Source of the DNA: Escherichia coli
GTDB taxonomy: Bacteria; Pseudomonadota; Gammaproteobacteria; Enterobacterales; Enterobacteriaceae
Assembly: GCF_030384885.1 (NCBI RefSeq)
Contig: NZ_CP128613.1
Direction: 5' to 3' (one strand)
Length of the DNA stretch: 64,000 nt
The translations under genes and the position numbers were made by a program. Below, piece by piece: positions 54,654-64,000 of the stretch. Each line of letters starts with the position of its first letter. Position 1 is the stretch's first letter. The notes under the pieces were generated by a model. That model did not search any database and was not told the origin of the DNA. It saw nothing but the letters and a program-made list of their open reading frames with translations.

Positions 54654-56724
54654 TCTGGCCGCGATGCTGCGCCTGCCCGCAAACCTGAAATCGACACAAT
54701 GGCAGATCCTTGCCGGACCGATTTTGATCCTGTTGATCTTGTCGATGATGGTGCTGCCACTGCCCGCATTCATACTCGACCTGCTGTTCACCTTCAATAT
54801 TGCCTTGTCGATCATGGTGTTGCTGGTCGCGATGTTTACCCAGCGCACGCTCGAGTTTGCTGCGTTTCCGACCATTCTGTTGTTTACCACCCTGTTACGT
54901 CTGGCACTTAACGTGGCTTCAACCCGTATCATTTTGATGGAAGGGCATACTGGCGCGGCGGCGGCAGGGAAGGTGGTCGAAGCGTTCGGTCACTTCCTCG
55001 TTGGTGGCAATTTCGCTATCGGTATCGTGGTGTTCGTCATTCTCGTGATCATCAACTTTATGGTTATTACCAAAGGTGCCGGGCGTATCGCAGAAGTAGG
55101 CGCGCGCTTTGTTCTCGATGGTATGCCAGGAAAGCAGATGGCGATTGATGCCGACCTTAACGCCGGACTGATTGGTGAAGATGAGGCGAAAAAACGCCGC
55201 AGTGAAGTCACTCAGGAAGCCGATTTTTACGGCTCAATGGACGGAGCAAGTAAGTTTGTTCGCGGCGATGCCATCGCCGGGATCCTCATCATGGTCATTA
55301 ACGTTGTCGGCGGATTGCTGGTCGGTGTGCTGCAACATGGCATGAGCATGGGACATGCGGCGGAAAGTTATACGCTATTGACCATTGGTGACGGTCTGGT
55401 AGCACAAATCCCGGCGCTGGTGATTTCTACCGCCGCGGGGGTTATCGTTACGCGCGTCAGCACTGATCAGGATGTTGGCGAACAGATGGTGAATCAGCTT
55501 TTCAGTAACCCGAGCGTTATGTTGTTAAGCGCCGCCGTGCTCGGTTTACTCGGCCTGGTGCCTGGAATGCCGAACCTGGTATTTTTGCTGTTCACTGCCG
55601 GATTGCTGGGGCTGGCCTGGTGGATCCGCGGACGCGAACAAAAAGCGCCTGCCGAACCAAAACCGGTAAAAATGGCAGAGAATAATGCCGTTGTCGAAGC
55701 AACGTGGAACGATGTTCAACTGGAAGATTCTCTGGGAATGGAAGTGGGTTATCGACTGATCCCGATGGTCGATTTTCAGCAGGATGGTGAACTACTGGGT
55801 CGTATTCGCAGTATTCGCAAGAAATTTGCTCAGGAAATGGGCTTTCTGCCGCCGGTAGTACACATTCGCGACAATATGGATCTGCAACCTGCCCGCTACC
55901 GTATTTTGATGAAAGGCGTGGAGATAGGCAGTGGTGATGCATATCCGGGGCGCTGGTTGGCAATAAACCCAGGTACCGCAGCTGGAACGTTACCTGGAGA
56001 GGCGACCGTCGATCCGGCATTTGGTCTGAATGCTATCTGGATTGAAAGTGCGCTAAAAGAACAGGCGCAGATTCAAGGGTATACCGTGGTTGAGGCCAGC
56101 ACGGTGGTGGCTACGCATCTTAACCACCTCATAAGCCAGCATGCCGCAGAGCTGTTTGGTCGTCAGGAGGCGCAACAGTTGCTGGATCGTGTCGCTCAGG
56201 AGATGCCAAAGCTGACGGAAGATCTCGTGCCTGGCGTCGTCACGCTCACCACACTGCATAAAGTGCTGCAAAATCTGCTCGATGAAAAAGTCCCGATTCG
56301 CGATATGCGCACTATTCTCGAAACGCTGGCGGAACATGCGCCCATCCAAAGCGATCCACATGAATTAACCGCCGTCGTGCGCGTGGCGTTAGGACGGGCT
56401 ATAACCCAGCAGTGGTTTCCTGGCAAAGATGAAGTCCATGTTATTGGCCTCGATACACCGCTGGAACGTTTGTTACTACAGGCCTTGCAGGGTGGGGGCG
56501 GATTGGAGCCTGGGCTGGCGGATCGTTTACTGGCACAAACTCAGGAAGCGCTATCCCGTCAGGAGATGCTGGGTGCGCCGCCAGTATTATTGGTGAACCA
56601 CGCGCTGCGACCATTATTGTCTCGCTTCCTGCGTCGCAGCCTGCCGCAGTTAGTGGTGCTGTCGAATCTGGAACTATCAGATAACCGACATATCCGTATG
56701 ACGGCGACGATTGGCGGCAAATAA
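54646..56724 (+). CDS. flhA: Flagellar export apparatus protein FlhA
   Basis: 692-aa product MSNLAAMLRLPANLKSTQWQILAGPILILLILSMMVLPLPAF... within track ORF 54571..56724; 8-nt overlap with flhB. Confidence 0.95.
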   Translation: MSNLAAMLRLPANLKSTQWQILAGPILILLILSMMVLPLPAFILDLLFTFNIALSIMVLLVAMFTQRTLEFAAFPTILLFTTLLRLALNVASTRIILMEGHTGAAAAGKVVEAFGHFLVGGNFAIGIVVFVILVIINFMVITKGAGRIAEVGARFVLDGMPGKQMAIDADLNAGLIGEDEAKKRRSEVTQEADFYGSMDGASKFVRGDAIAGILIMVINVVGGLLVGVLQHGMSMGHAAESYTLLTIGDGLVAQIPALVISTAAGVIVTRVSTDQDVGEQMVNQLFSNPSVMLLSAAVLGLLGLVPGMPNLVFLLFTAGLLGLAWWIRGREQKAPAEPKPVKMAENNAVVEATWNDVQLEDSLGMEVGYRLIPMVDFQQDGELLGRIRSIRKKFAQEMGFLPPVVHIRDNMDLQPARYRILMKGVEIGSGDAYPGRWLAINPGTAAGTLPGEATVDPAFGLNAIWIESALKEQAQIQGYTVVEASTVVATHLNHLISQHAAELFGRQEAQQLLDRVAQEMPKLTEDLVPGVVTLTTLHKVLQNLLDEKVPIRDMRTILETLAEHAPIQSDPHELTAVVRVALGRAITQQWFPGKDEVHVIGLDTPLERLLLQALQGGGGLEPGLADRLLAQTQEALSRQEMLGAPPVLLVNHALRPLLSRFLRRSLPQLVVLSNLELSDNRHIRMTATIGGK

Positions 56725-57116
56725 TGAGAGCCTTATTAGCAATATTATTGTTTCCGCTGCTGGCGCAAGCCGCCGGGGAGGGGATGTGGCAGGCGAGCAG
56801 TGTGGGCGTTACGTTAAATCACCGTGGTGAATCGATGTCGTCAGCGCCTCTTTCTTCGCGACAACCTGCATCAGGATTGATGACGCTGGTTGCGTGGCGT
56901 TATCAGCTTATCGGCCCAACTCCCGTAGGGCTGCGGGTTCGCTTGTGTTCACAATCTCGTTGTGTCGAATTAGAGGGGCAGAGCGGAACCACCGTGGCCT
57001 TTTCCGGTATACCGGCGGCAGAACCGTTGCGATTTATCTGGGAAGTGCCTGGCGGCGGGCGGTTAACTCCGCCGCTAAAAGTACAACGTAATGAAGTGAT
57101 TGTGAATTATCGCTGA
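56724..57116 (+). CDS. flhE: Flagellar protein FlhE (periplasmic, signal peptide)
   Basis: 130-aa ORF MRALLAILLFPLLAQAAGEGMWQASSVGVTLNHRGESM...; ATG overlaps the flhA stop by 1 nt. Confidence 0.9.
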   Translation: MRALLAILLFPLLAQAAGEGMWQASSVGVTLNHRGESMSSAPLSSRQPASGLMTLVAWRYQLIGPTPVGLRVRLCSQSRCVELEGQSGTTVAFSGIPAAEPLRFIWEVPGGGRLTPPLKVQRNEVIVNYR

Positions 57117-57174
57117 AGGACAAATAAAAATTACGCGCTCGCGGCATGTTTAATAACTCAGTGAAAAAGGCTCG

Positions 57175-57220
57175 ATGTTTTGTTGCAATTATTTATCAGG
57201 AATAGCTTGCAACAAAACAT
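57175..57220. terminator. Long perfect inverted repeat between convergent flhE and yecT (probable bidirectional terminator)
   Basis: atgttttgttgcaa-(18-nt loop)-ttgcaacaaaacat, 14-bp perfect stem. Confidence 0.45.
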
Positions 57221-57236
57221 GCCAAAAATATGTGAA

Positions 57237-57746
57237 TTATCCTCTTGTCAAAGGGCTTGGATAAAAATCTTCAGAGTTACGGTATAACTGCAACTGGCGA
57301 GTTCGCGTATTGGTCTGTATGATCATACATGAGAGCCATTCTGATTCAGAATAAGGGGCACTTAAATCCTGAACGTCTTCATTTGAAAGGATTAATTCAC
57401 ATTCTTTGTCCCTAAAATCCAGCCAGGCTCGTTGTGATTTTTTAAGCAAGTTAAGTTGTTCGGTATCAGGTTTTTTGACACCTGTGCGTGGTACTTGTTC
57501 TATATAACGATAAGCTTCACCATAAGCTTTATTTAATTGCGCATCGACGAGATTGTATTCTTGTCGCAGGCATGATTTGATCACGTTAATGTCAGTATCA
57601 TCATCTGAATTTTTTTGCCAACAATCTTTGATGGCTGAAATGTCATGGTCATTGACTATAACCGTATCTTCTGCGTAAGCCTGGCAAGAGATAATGCCTA
57701 ATGTTAATACAAGAAATTTAAACACTGCGGTATTCCTTAAATTCAA
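57237..57746 (-). CDS. yecT: DUF1311 (lysozyme-inhibitor LprI-like) family secreted protein, YecT-like
   Basis: 169-aa ORF with signal peptide MNLRNTAVFKFLVLTLGIISCQAYA; position between flhE and argS matches yecT. The symbol is assigned by synteny. Confidence 0.6.
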   Translation of the reverse strand: MNLRNTAVFKFLVLTLGIISCQAYAEDTVIVNDHDISAIKDCWQKNSDDDTDINVIKSCLRQEYNLVDAQLNKAYGEAYRYIEQVPRTGVKKPDTEQLNLLKKSQRAWLDFRDKECELILSNEDVQDLSAPYSESEWLSCMIIQTNTRTRQLQLYRNSEDFYPSPLTRG

Positions 57747-57848
57747 CCGTTATCGTTTCCCTGGGGCCGGATATTACGCTTCTGGCCTCTTATCCAATAG
57801 TGAGAAAACAGTGGCATGTCCATTTTCAGAATACATTTAGATGGCAAT

Positions 57849-57881
57849 AAAAAAGCCTGATCAGGTAACCCTGATCAGGCT
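57849..57881 (-). terminator. Rho-independent terminator of argS
   Basis: agcctgatcagg-taac-cctgatcaggct (12-bp perfect stem) with an A-run on the plus strand, giving a U-run on the argS transcript. Confidence 0.8.
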
Positions 57882-57901
57882 TCACTCTCACGAAAAATCG
57901 A

Positions 57902-59635
57902 TTACATACGCTCTACTGTCTCAATACCCAGCGTATCCAGGCCCAGCTTCAGCGTCTTCGCCGTCAGTTGTGCCAGTTTCAGACGACTGTTACGCACTTC
58001 TTCGTTTTCTGCGCTGAGGATCGGGCAGTGCTCGTAGAAGCCAGAGAACAGACCGGCCAGATCGTACAGGTAAGCACACATCACGTGCGGCGTGCCTTCA
58101 CGGGCAACCACAGTGAGGGTTTCTTCAAACTGCAGCAGGCGAGCTGCCAGTTGTGCCTCACGATCTTCACGGATGATTACCGGAGCTGCAGCCAGTTGCT
58201 CTTCGTCAATTTCTGCTTTACGGAACACGGACAATACACGCGTGTAAGCATACTGCATGTATGGCGCGGTATTACCCTCAAACGCCAGCATGTTGTCCCA
58301 GTCGAAGATGTAGTCAGTGGTACGGTTTTTGGAGAGATCTGCGTATTTAACCGCACCAATACCAACCGCATTAGCCAGTTTTTCCAGCTCATCGGCTGGC
58401 ATATCCGGGTTCTTCTCTGCCACCAGACGGCGTGCGCGTTCCAGGGCTTCATCCAGCAGATCGGCCAGTTTCACCGTACCGCCAGCACGCGTTTTGAACG
58501 GTTTGCCGTCTTTGCCCAGCATCATGCCGAACATATGATGTTCCAGCGGTACGGATTCCGGCACATAGCCTGCTTTACGGACGATAGCCCACGCCTGCAT
58601 CAGGTGTTGATGCTGGCGGGAGTCGATGTAATACAGCACGCGATCGGCATGCAATGTTTCATAACGATATTTTGCACAGGCGATATCAGTGGTGGTGTAG
58701 AGATAGCCGCCATCTTTCTTCTGAATGATCACGCCCATCGGTTCGCCTTCCTTGTTTTTGAACTCATCAAGGAATACGACGGTTGCGCCTTCGCTTTCTA
58801 CAGCCAGACCTTTGGCTTTGAGATCAGCCACGATACCCGGCAGCATCGGGTTGTACAGGCTTTCGCCCATCACGTCATCACGGGTCAGCGTCACGTTCAA
58901 ACGATCGTAGGTGATCTGGTTCTGCGTCATGGTGATGTCGACCAGTTTGCGCCACATCTCACGGAAGTATTCATCACCGCTTTGCAGTTTTACCACGTAG
59001 TTACGTGCACGCTCAGCGAACGCTTCATCTTCATCGTAATGCTTTTTCGCATCGCGGTAGAAACCTTCAAGATCAGCCAGCTCCATTTCACCGGCATTTT
59101 CCTGCTGCTGCTTTTCCAGCCATGCAATCAGCATACCGAACTGAGTGCCCCAGTCGCCGACGTGGTTTGCGCGAATCACTTTGTGACCGAGGAACTCCAG
59201 AGTACGCACTGCTGCGTCACCAATAATGGTAGAGCGCAGGTGACCGACGTGCATCTCTTTCGCCACGTTTGGCGCAGAGTAGTCAACCACAATGGTCTGT
59301 TTTTCTGGCGTAGCAACACCGAGACGATCGGACGCCAGCGCCTGCTGAACATGTTCAGCCAGGAATGCCGGATCAAGGAAAATGTTGATAAAGCCTGGTC
59401 CGGCGATCTCAACCTTGCTGGCGATACCGTTAAGATCCAGATGAGTCAGCACCTGCTCTGCTAATTGTCGCGGTGCCATACCCAGTTTTTTAGCAACTGC
59501 CATCATGCCGTTAGCCTGATAGTCGCCGAACTGAACTTTTGCTGACTGACGAACCTGCGGTTCGCAATCCGCAGGCGCGCCTGCCGCAATCATGGCCTGA
59601 CGGACTTTTTCTGAGAGAAGAGCCTGAATATTCAC
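57902..59635 (-). CDS. argS: Arginine--tRNA ligase ArgS
   Basis: 577-aa [48 protein letters not shown]... with HVGH class-I motif. Confidence 0.97.
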   Translation of the reverse strand: MNIQALLSEKVRQAMIAAGAPADCEPQVRQSAKVQFGDYQANGMMAVAKKLGMAPRQLAEQVLTHLDLNGIASKVEIAGPGFINIFLDPAFLAEHVQQALASDRLGVATPEKQTIVVDYSAPNVAKEMHVGHLRSTIIGDAAVRTLEFLGHKVIRANHVGDWGTQFGMLIAWLEKQQQENAGEMELADLEGFYRDAKKHYDEDEAFAERARNYVVKLQSGDEYFREMWRKLVDITMTQNQITYDRLNVTLTRDDVMGESLYNPMLPGIVADLKAKGLAVESEGATVVFLDEFKNKEGEPMGVIIQKKDGGYLYTTTDIACAKYRYETLHADRVLYYIDSRQHQHLMQAWAIVRKAGYVPESVPLEHHMFGMMLGKDGKPFKTRAGGTVKLADLLDEALERARRLVAEKNPDMPADELEKLANAVGIGAVKYADLSKNRTTDYIFDWDNMLAFEGNTAPYMQYAYTRVLSVFRKAEIDEEQLAAAPVIIREDREAQLAARLLQFEETLTVVAREGTPHVMCAYLYDLAGLFSGFYEHCPILSAENEEVRNSRLKLAQLTAKTLKLGLDTLGIETVERM

Positions 59636-59850
59636 CGGAATACCTTACATTGATGAAGCGAGCAAAAATTACCCGCACCAGTTAAAGAAATTAGGGCGGG
59701 AGTATACTGCAAATGGCTGTTTTCGTCAGCAACGTGCGCGTGGCGTATTGCCGTTTTCACCATTGCATCAGAAGTGGCGTGAAATCAGCGGTTGGTTGGC
59801 GCAGGGCAACAGGGTAAATTAACGCTTTTACTGAAAGACGAAGAGTGATT

Positions 59851-60417
59851 ATGGCGAACTGGCAATCTATCGACGAGCTGCAGGATATTGCATCGGATTT
59901 ACCGCGATTTACCCACGCATTAGATGAACTTTCCCGCCGTCTGGGGTTGGATATCACTCCACTGACTGCCGATCACATTTCTTTGCGTTGCCATCAAAAC
60001 GTCACCGCTGAACGCTGGCGTCGCGGGTTTGAACAGTGCGGCGAGCTTTTGTCAGAAAATATGATCAATGGCAGGCCGATTTGTCTGTTTAAATTGCATG
60101 AACCGGTACAGGTTGCGCACTGGCAGTTTTCAATTGTAGAGCTACCGTGGCCTGGGGAAAAACGTTACCCGCACGAAGGTTGGGAACATATTGAAATCGT
60201 TCTGCCAGGTGATCCTGAAACGTTGAATGCCCGTGCGCTGGCATTGCTTTCTGATGAAGGACTCAGCCTTCCGGGGATCTCGGTTAAAACCAGTTCGCCA
60301 AAAGGTGAGCATGAGCGATTACCGAATCCGACACTGGCGGTCACCGATAGCAAAACGACGATTAAATTTCATCCGTGGTCCATTGAAGAGATCGTTGCCA
60401 GCGAGCAGCCGGCGTAA
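59851..60417 (+). CDS. yecM: Glyoxalase/VOC-like protein YecM
   Basis: 188-aa product MANWQSIDELQDIASDLPRFTHALDELSRRLGLDITPL...; the track ORF starts 2 codons earlier. Confidence 0.85.
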   Translation: MANWQSIDELQDIASDLPRFTHALDELSRRLGLDITPLTADHISLRCHQNVTAERWRRGFEQCGELLSENMINGRPICLFKLHEPVQVAHWQFSIVELPWPGEKRYPHEGWEHIEIVLPGDPETLNARALALLSDEGLSLPGISVKTSSPKGEHERLPNPTLAVTDSKTTIKFHPWSIEEIVASEQPA

Positions 60418-60421
60418 TTAA

Positions 60422-61177
<756 letters not shown>

Positions 61178-61223
61178 TTTTTACCGTTGCATCATGTCGC
61201 CCAATATGATGCTTGCTCGTACC

Positions 61224-61256
61224 AGGCCCCTGCAATTTCAACAGGGGCCTTTTTTT
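61224..61256 (+). terminator. Rho-independent terminator after cutC
   Basis: aggcccctg-caatttcaa-caggggcct followed by ttttttt. Confidence 0.8.
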
Positions 61257-61562
61257 ATCCCCGAGAAGTATAAAAAACGAACGATTTCTGTGATCAGTTG
61301 AGCGCGTGACAGTGCGCATAGCGTTGTGCTAAAAATTTTTATATATTCATATTAATTATGTAATTTAAATTACTAAAACTGACAAATATATATTCTAAAT
61401 AACAACTGGGTTATTCCTTAGCAATTAATGATTACATTGTAATAAATCATATTCTTTATCGATTATTTCAGGCAGTGTTGTGCCGAATTATGCAAGCGGT
61501 CAATTCGTTGTGTATTTAATTATACAATGATTTCGGTGTTCTGGAATTAATTAGAGGAATCT

Positions 61563-62663
61563 ATGCGAGGGAAAAAACGCATTGGGTTATTATTTTTGCT
61601 GATAACGGTTGTGGTTGGTGGCGGCGGGTTATTACTGGCGCAAAAAGCCTTACATAAAACGTCGGATACCGCATTTTGCCTTTCCTGCCACTCGATGAGT
61701 AAACCTTTTGAGGAATATCAGGGAACTGTCCACTTTTCTAACCAGAAAGGGATACGTGCGGAATGTGCCGATTGCCATATTCCAAAGTCAGGGGTGGATT
61801 ATTTATTTGCTAAATTAAAAGCTTCTAAAGATATTTATCATGAATTTGTTAGCGGCAAAATAGACAGTGACGATAAGTTCGAAGCGCATCGTCAGGAAAT
61901 GGCCGAAACAGTATGGAAAGAATTAAAAGCAACTGATTCTGCAACGTGTCGTAGTTGCCATTCTTTTGATGCCATGGATATTGCCTCGCAAAGTGAATCT
62001 GCGCAGAAAATGCATAACAAAGCGCAAAAGGACGGCGAAACCTGCATCGATTGTCATAAAGGCATTGCCCATTTTCCACCAGAAATAAAAATGGATGACA
62101 ACGCGGCGCATGAGCTGGAAAGTCAGGCCGCTACTTCAGTTACCAATGGCGCACATATTTATCCTTTCAAAACTTCTCGCATAGGCGAGCTGGCTACCGT
62201 GAATCCTGGTACCGATCTCACCGTCGTTGATGCCAGTGGCAAACAGCCGATCGTTCTGTTGCAGGGTTATCAAATGCAGGGCAGTGAAAACACGCTCTAC
62301 CTGTCGGCAGGTCAACGGCTGGCGCTAGCCACATTAAGTGAAGAAGGTATCAAGGCGTTAACGGTAAACGGGGAATGGCAGGCTGACGAATACGGCAATC
62401 AATGGCGTCAGGCGTCTTTACAGGGTGTGCTTACCGATCCCGCATTAGCGGACCGTAAACCGCTATGGCAATACGCTGAAAAACTTGACGATACCTATTG
62501 CGCTGGTTGCCATGCCCCTATTGCCTCCGACCATTACACCGTCAATGCATGGCCGTCCATTGCCAAAGGAATGGGTGCGCGAACCAGCATGAGCGAAAAC
62601 GAACTGGACATTTTGACGCGGTACTTCCAGTACAACGCCAAAGATATTACCGAGAAACAGTGA
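61563..62663 (+). CDS. torY: Membrane-anchored pentahaem c-type cytochrome TorY
   Basis: 366-aa [25 protein letters not shown]...; multiple CxxCH haem-binding motifs. Confidence 0.92.
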   Translation: MRGKKRIGLLFLLITVVVGGGGLLLAQKALHKTSDTAFCLSCHSMSKPFEEYQGTVHFSNQKGIRAECADCHIPKSGVDYLFAKLKASKDIYHEFVSGKIDSDDKFEAHRQEMAETVWKELKATDSATCRSCHSFDAMDIASQSESAQKMHNKAQKDGETCIDCHKGIAHFPPEIKMDDNAAHELESQAATSVTNGAHIYPFKTSRIGELATVNPGTDLTVVDASGKQPIVLLQGYQMQGSENTLYLSAGQRLALATLSEEGIKALTVNGEWQADEYGNQWRQASLQGVLTDPALADRKPLWQYAEKLDDTYCAGCHAPIASDHYTVNAWPSIAKGMGARTSMSENELDILTRYFQYNAKDITEKQ

Positions 62664-62687
62664 TCCTCGTTGATCAGGGAGGAAGTT

Positions 62688-64000
62688 ATGACATTAACAA
62701 GACGTGAATTTATTAAACACAGCGGTATTGCCGCTGGGGCGCTGGTGGTGACATCGGCTGCACCGCTACCCGCATGGGCAGAAGAGAAGGGGGGCAAAAT
62801 CCTCACCGCGGGCCGTTGGGGAGCGATGAACGTAGAAGTGAAGGACGGGAAGATTGTTTCTTCGACAGGCGCGCTGGCGAAAACCATACCGAACTCCTTA
62901 CAGTCTACGGCGGCGGATCAGGTACATACAACGGCGCGTATTCAGCATCCGATGGTGAGAAAAAGCTATCTCGATAATCCACTACAACCGGCGAAAGGTC
63001 GTGGCGAAGATACTTATGTACAGGTGAGCTGGGAACAAGCATTAAAACTTATTCATGAGCAACACGATCGCATTCGCAAAGCTAACGGACCATCGGCCAT
63101 TTTTGCCGGATCTTACGGCTGGCGCTCTTCTGGCGTGTTACATAAAGCGCAAACCTTACTGCAACGTTATATGAATCTTGCGGGCGGTTATTCAGGGCAT
63201 AGCGGCGATTATTCAACCGGGGCGGCACAGGTAATCATGCCGCACGTGGTGGGTTCCGTGGAGGTGTATGAACAGCAGACCTCCTGGCCACTGATTCTGG
63301 AAAACAGTCAGGTGGTGGTGTTGTGGGGGATGAACCCGCTGAATACCTTAAAAATTGCCTGGAGCAGTACCGATGAGCAAGGGCTGGAATACTTCCATCA
63401 GCTGAAAAAATCTGGCAAACCAGTGATTGCCATTGATCCTATCCGCTCCGAAACCATCGAATTCTTTGGCGACAATGCTACCTGGATCGCGCCAAATATG
63501 GGCACCGACGTGGCGCTGATGTTGGGGATTGCACATACCCTGATGACACTAGGCAAACACGATAAAGTGTTCCTTGAAAAATACACCACCGGGTATCCGC
63601 AGTTTGAAGAGTATCTGACAGGTAAGAGCGATAATACGCCGAAGAGCGCGGCCTGGGCGGCGGAAATTACTGGCGTAGCGGAAGCGCAGATAGTCAAACT
63701 CGCTGAACTGATGGCGGCAAATCGCACAATGCTGATGGCAGGCTGGGGAATTCAGCGCCAGCAATATGGTGAACAGAAACACTGGATGCTGGTGACGCTG
63801 GCGGCGATGTTAGGGCAGATTGGTACACCGGGCGGCGGGTTTGGTTTCTCTTATCATTACTCAAACGGTGGCAACCCGACGCGTGTTGGCGGAGTGCTGC
63901 CGGAAATGTCTGCGGCGATTGCCGGACAGGCCAGCGAGGCCGCTGATGATGGCGGAATGACGGCGATTCCTGTTGCCCGTATCGTCGATGCGCTGGAAAA
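62688..64000 (+). CDS. torZ: Trimethylamine-N-oxide reductase 2 TorZ (BisZ), partial (N-terminal ~437 codons; continues beyond window end)
   Basis: ATG at 62688, Tat signal [31 protein letters not shown], then molybdopterin-oxidoreductase sequence; no stop in window, so absent from the ORF track. Confidence 0.9.
   Translation, partial: MTLTRREFIKHSGIAAGALVVTSAAPLPAWAEEKGGKILTAGRWGAMNVEVKDGKIVSSTGALAKTIPNSLQSTAADQVHTTARIQHPMVRKSYLDNPLQPAKGRGEDTYVQVSWEQALKLIHEQHDRIRKANGPSAIFAGSYGWRSSGVLHKAQTLLQRYMNLAGGYSGHSGDYSTGAAQVIMPHVVGSVEVYEQQTSWPLILENSQVVVLWGMNPLNTLKIAWSSTDEQGLEYFHQLKKSGKPVIAIDPIRSETIEFFGDNATWIAPNMGTDVALMLGIAHTLMTLGKHDKVFLEKYTTGYPQFEEYLTGKSDNTPKSAAWAAEITGVAEAQIVKLAELMAANRTMLMAGWGIQRQQYGEQKHWMLVTLAAMLGQIGTPGGGFGFSYHYSNGGNPTRVGGVLPEMSAAIAGQASEAADDGGMTAIPVARIVDALE

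Noticed and set aside
57968-59464. 498-codon ORF on the plus strand, antisense to argS
   Set aside because: Lies wholly inside the confidently identified argS coding region on the opposite strand, has no recognisable domain, and long stop-free antisense frames are common in GC-balanced coding DNA; treated as a six-frame artefact.

Overview
This window is Escherichia coli chromosome covering the flagellar/chemotaxis regions II and III, in reverse-complement orientation relative to the K-12 map as I recall it. Gene order is fliI(partial)-fliH-fliG-fliF / fliE / accessory segment / yedK-yedF-yedE / yedD / amyA / fliT-fliS-fliD / fliC-fliA-fliZ-tcyJ-dcyD-tcyL-tcyN-sdiA / yecF / uvrY-uvrC-pgsA-glyW-cysT-leuZ-yecA / tyrP / yecH / ftnA-yecR / azuC-yecJ / ftnB / araFGH-otsBA / uspC / flhDC-motAB-cheAW-tar-tap-cheRBYZ-flhBAE / yecT-argS / yecM-cutC-torY-torZ(partial). 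Almost all of it is ordinary, densely packed core genome; the flagellin is 568 aa, so the strain is not K-12. The one clearly accessory stretch is about 4.8 kb between fliE and yedK (5127-9949). It carries emrE-ybcL-ybcM (genes I recall as DLP12-prophage cargo in K-12, here without ybcK), an AT-rich spacer, and an IS200/IS605-family element with divergent tnpA and an apparently intact tnpB. That TnpB, with its predicted guide RNA at the right end abutting the yedK stop codon, is the most interesting candidate system here, but it belongs to a known family rather than being a demonstrably new system. No CRISPR array, rRNA or intact prophage was seen. All coordinates and identities come from reading the sequence and the ORF track against remembered protein sequences; no database search was run.
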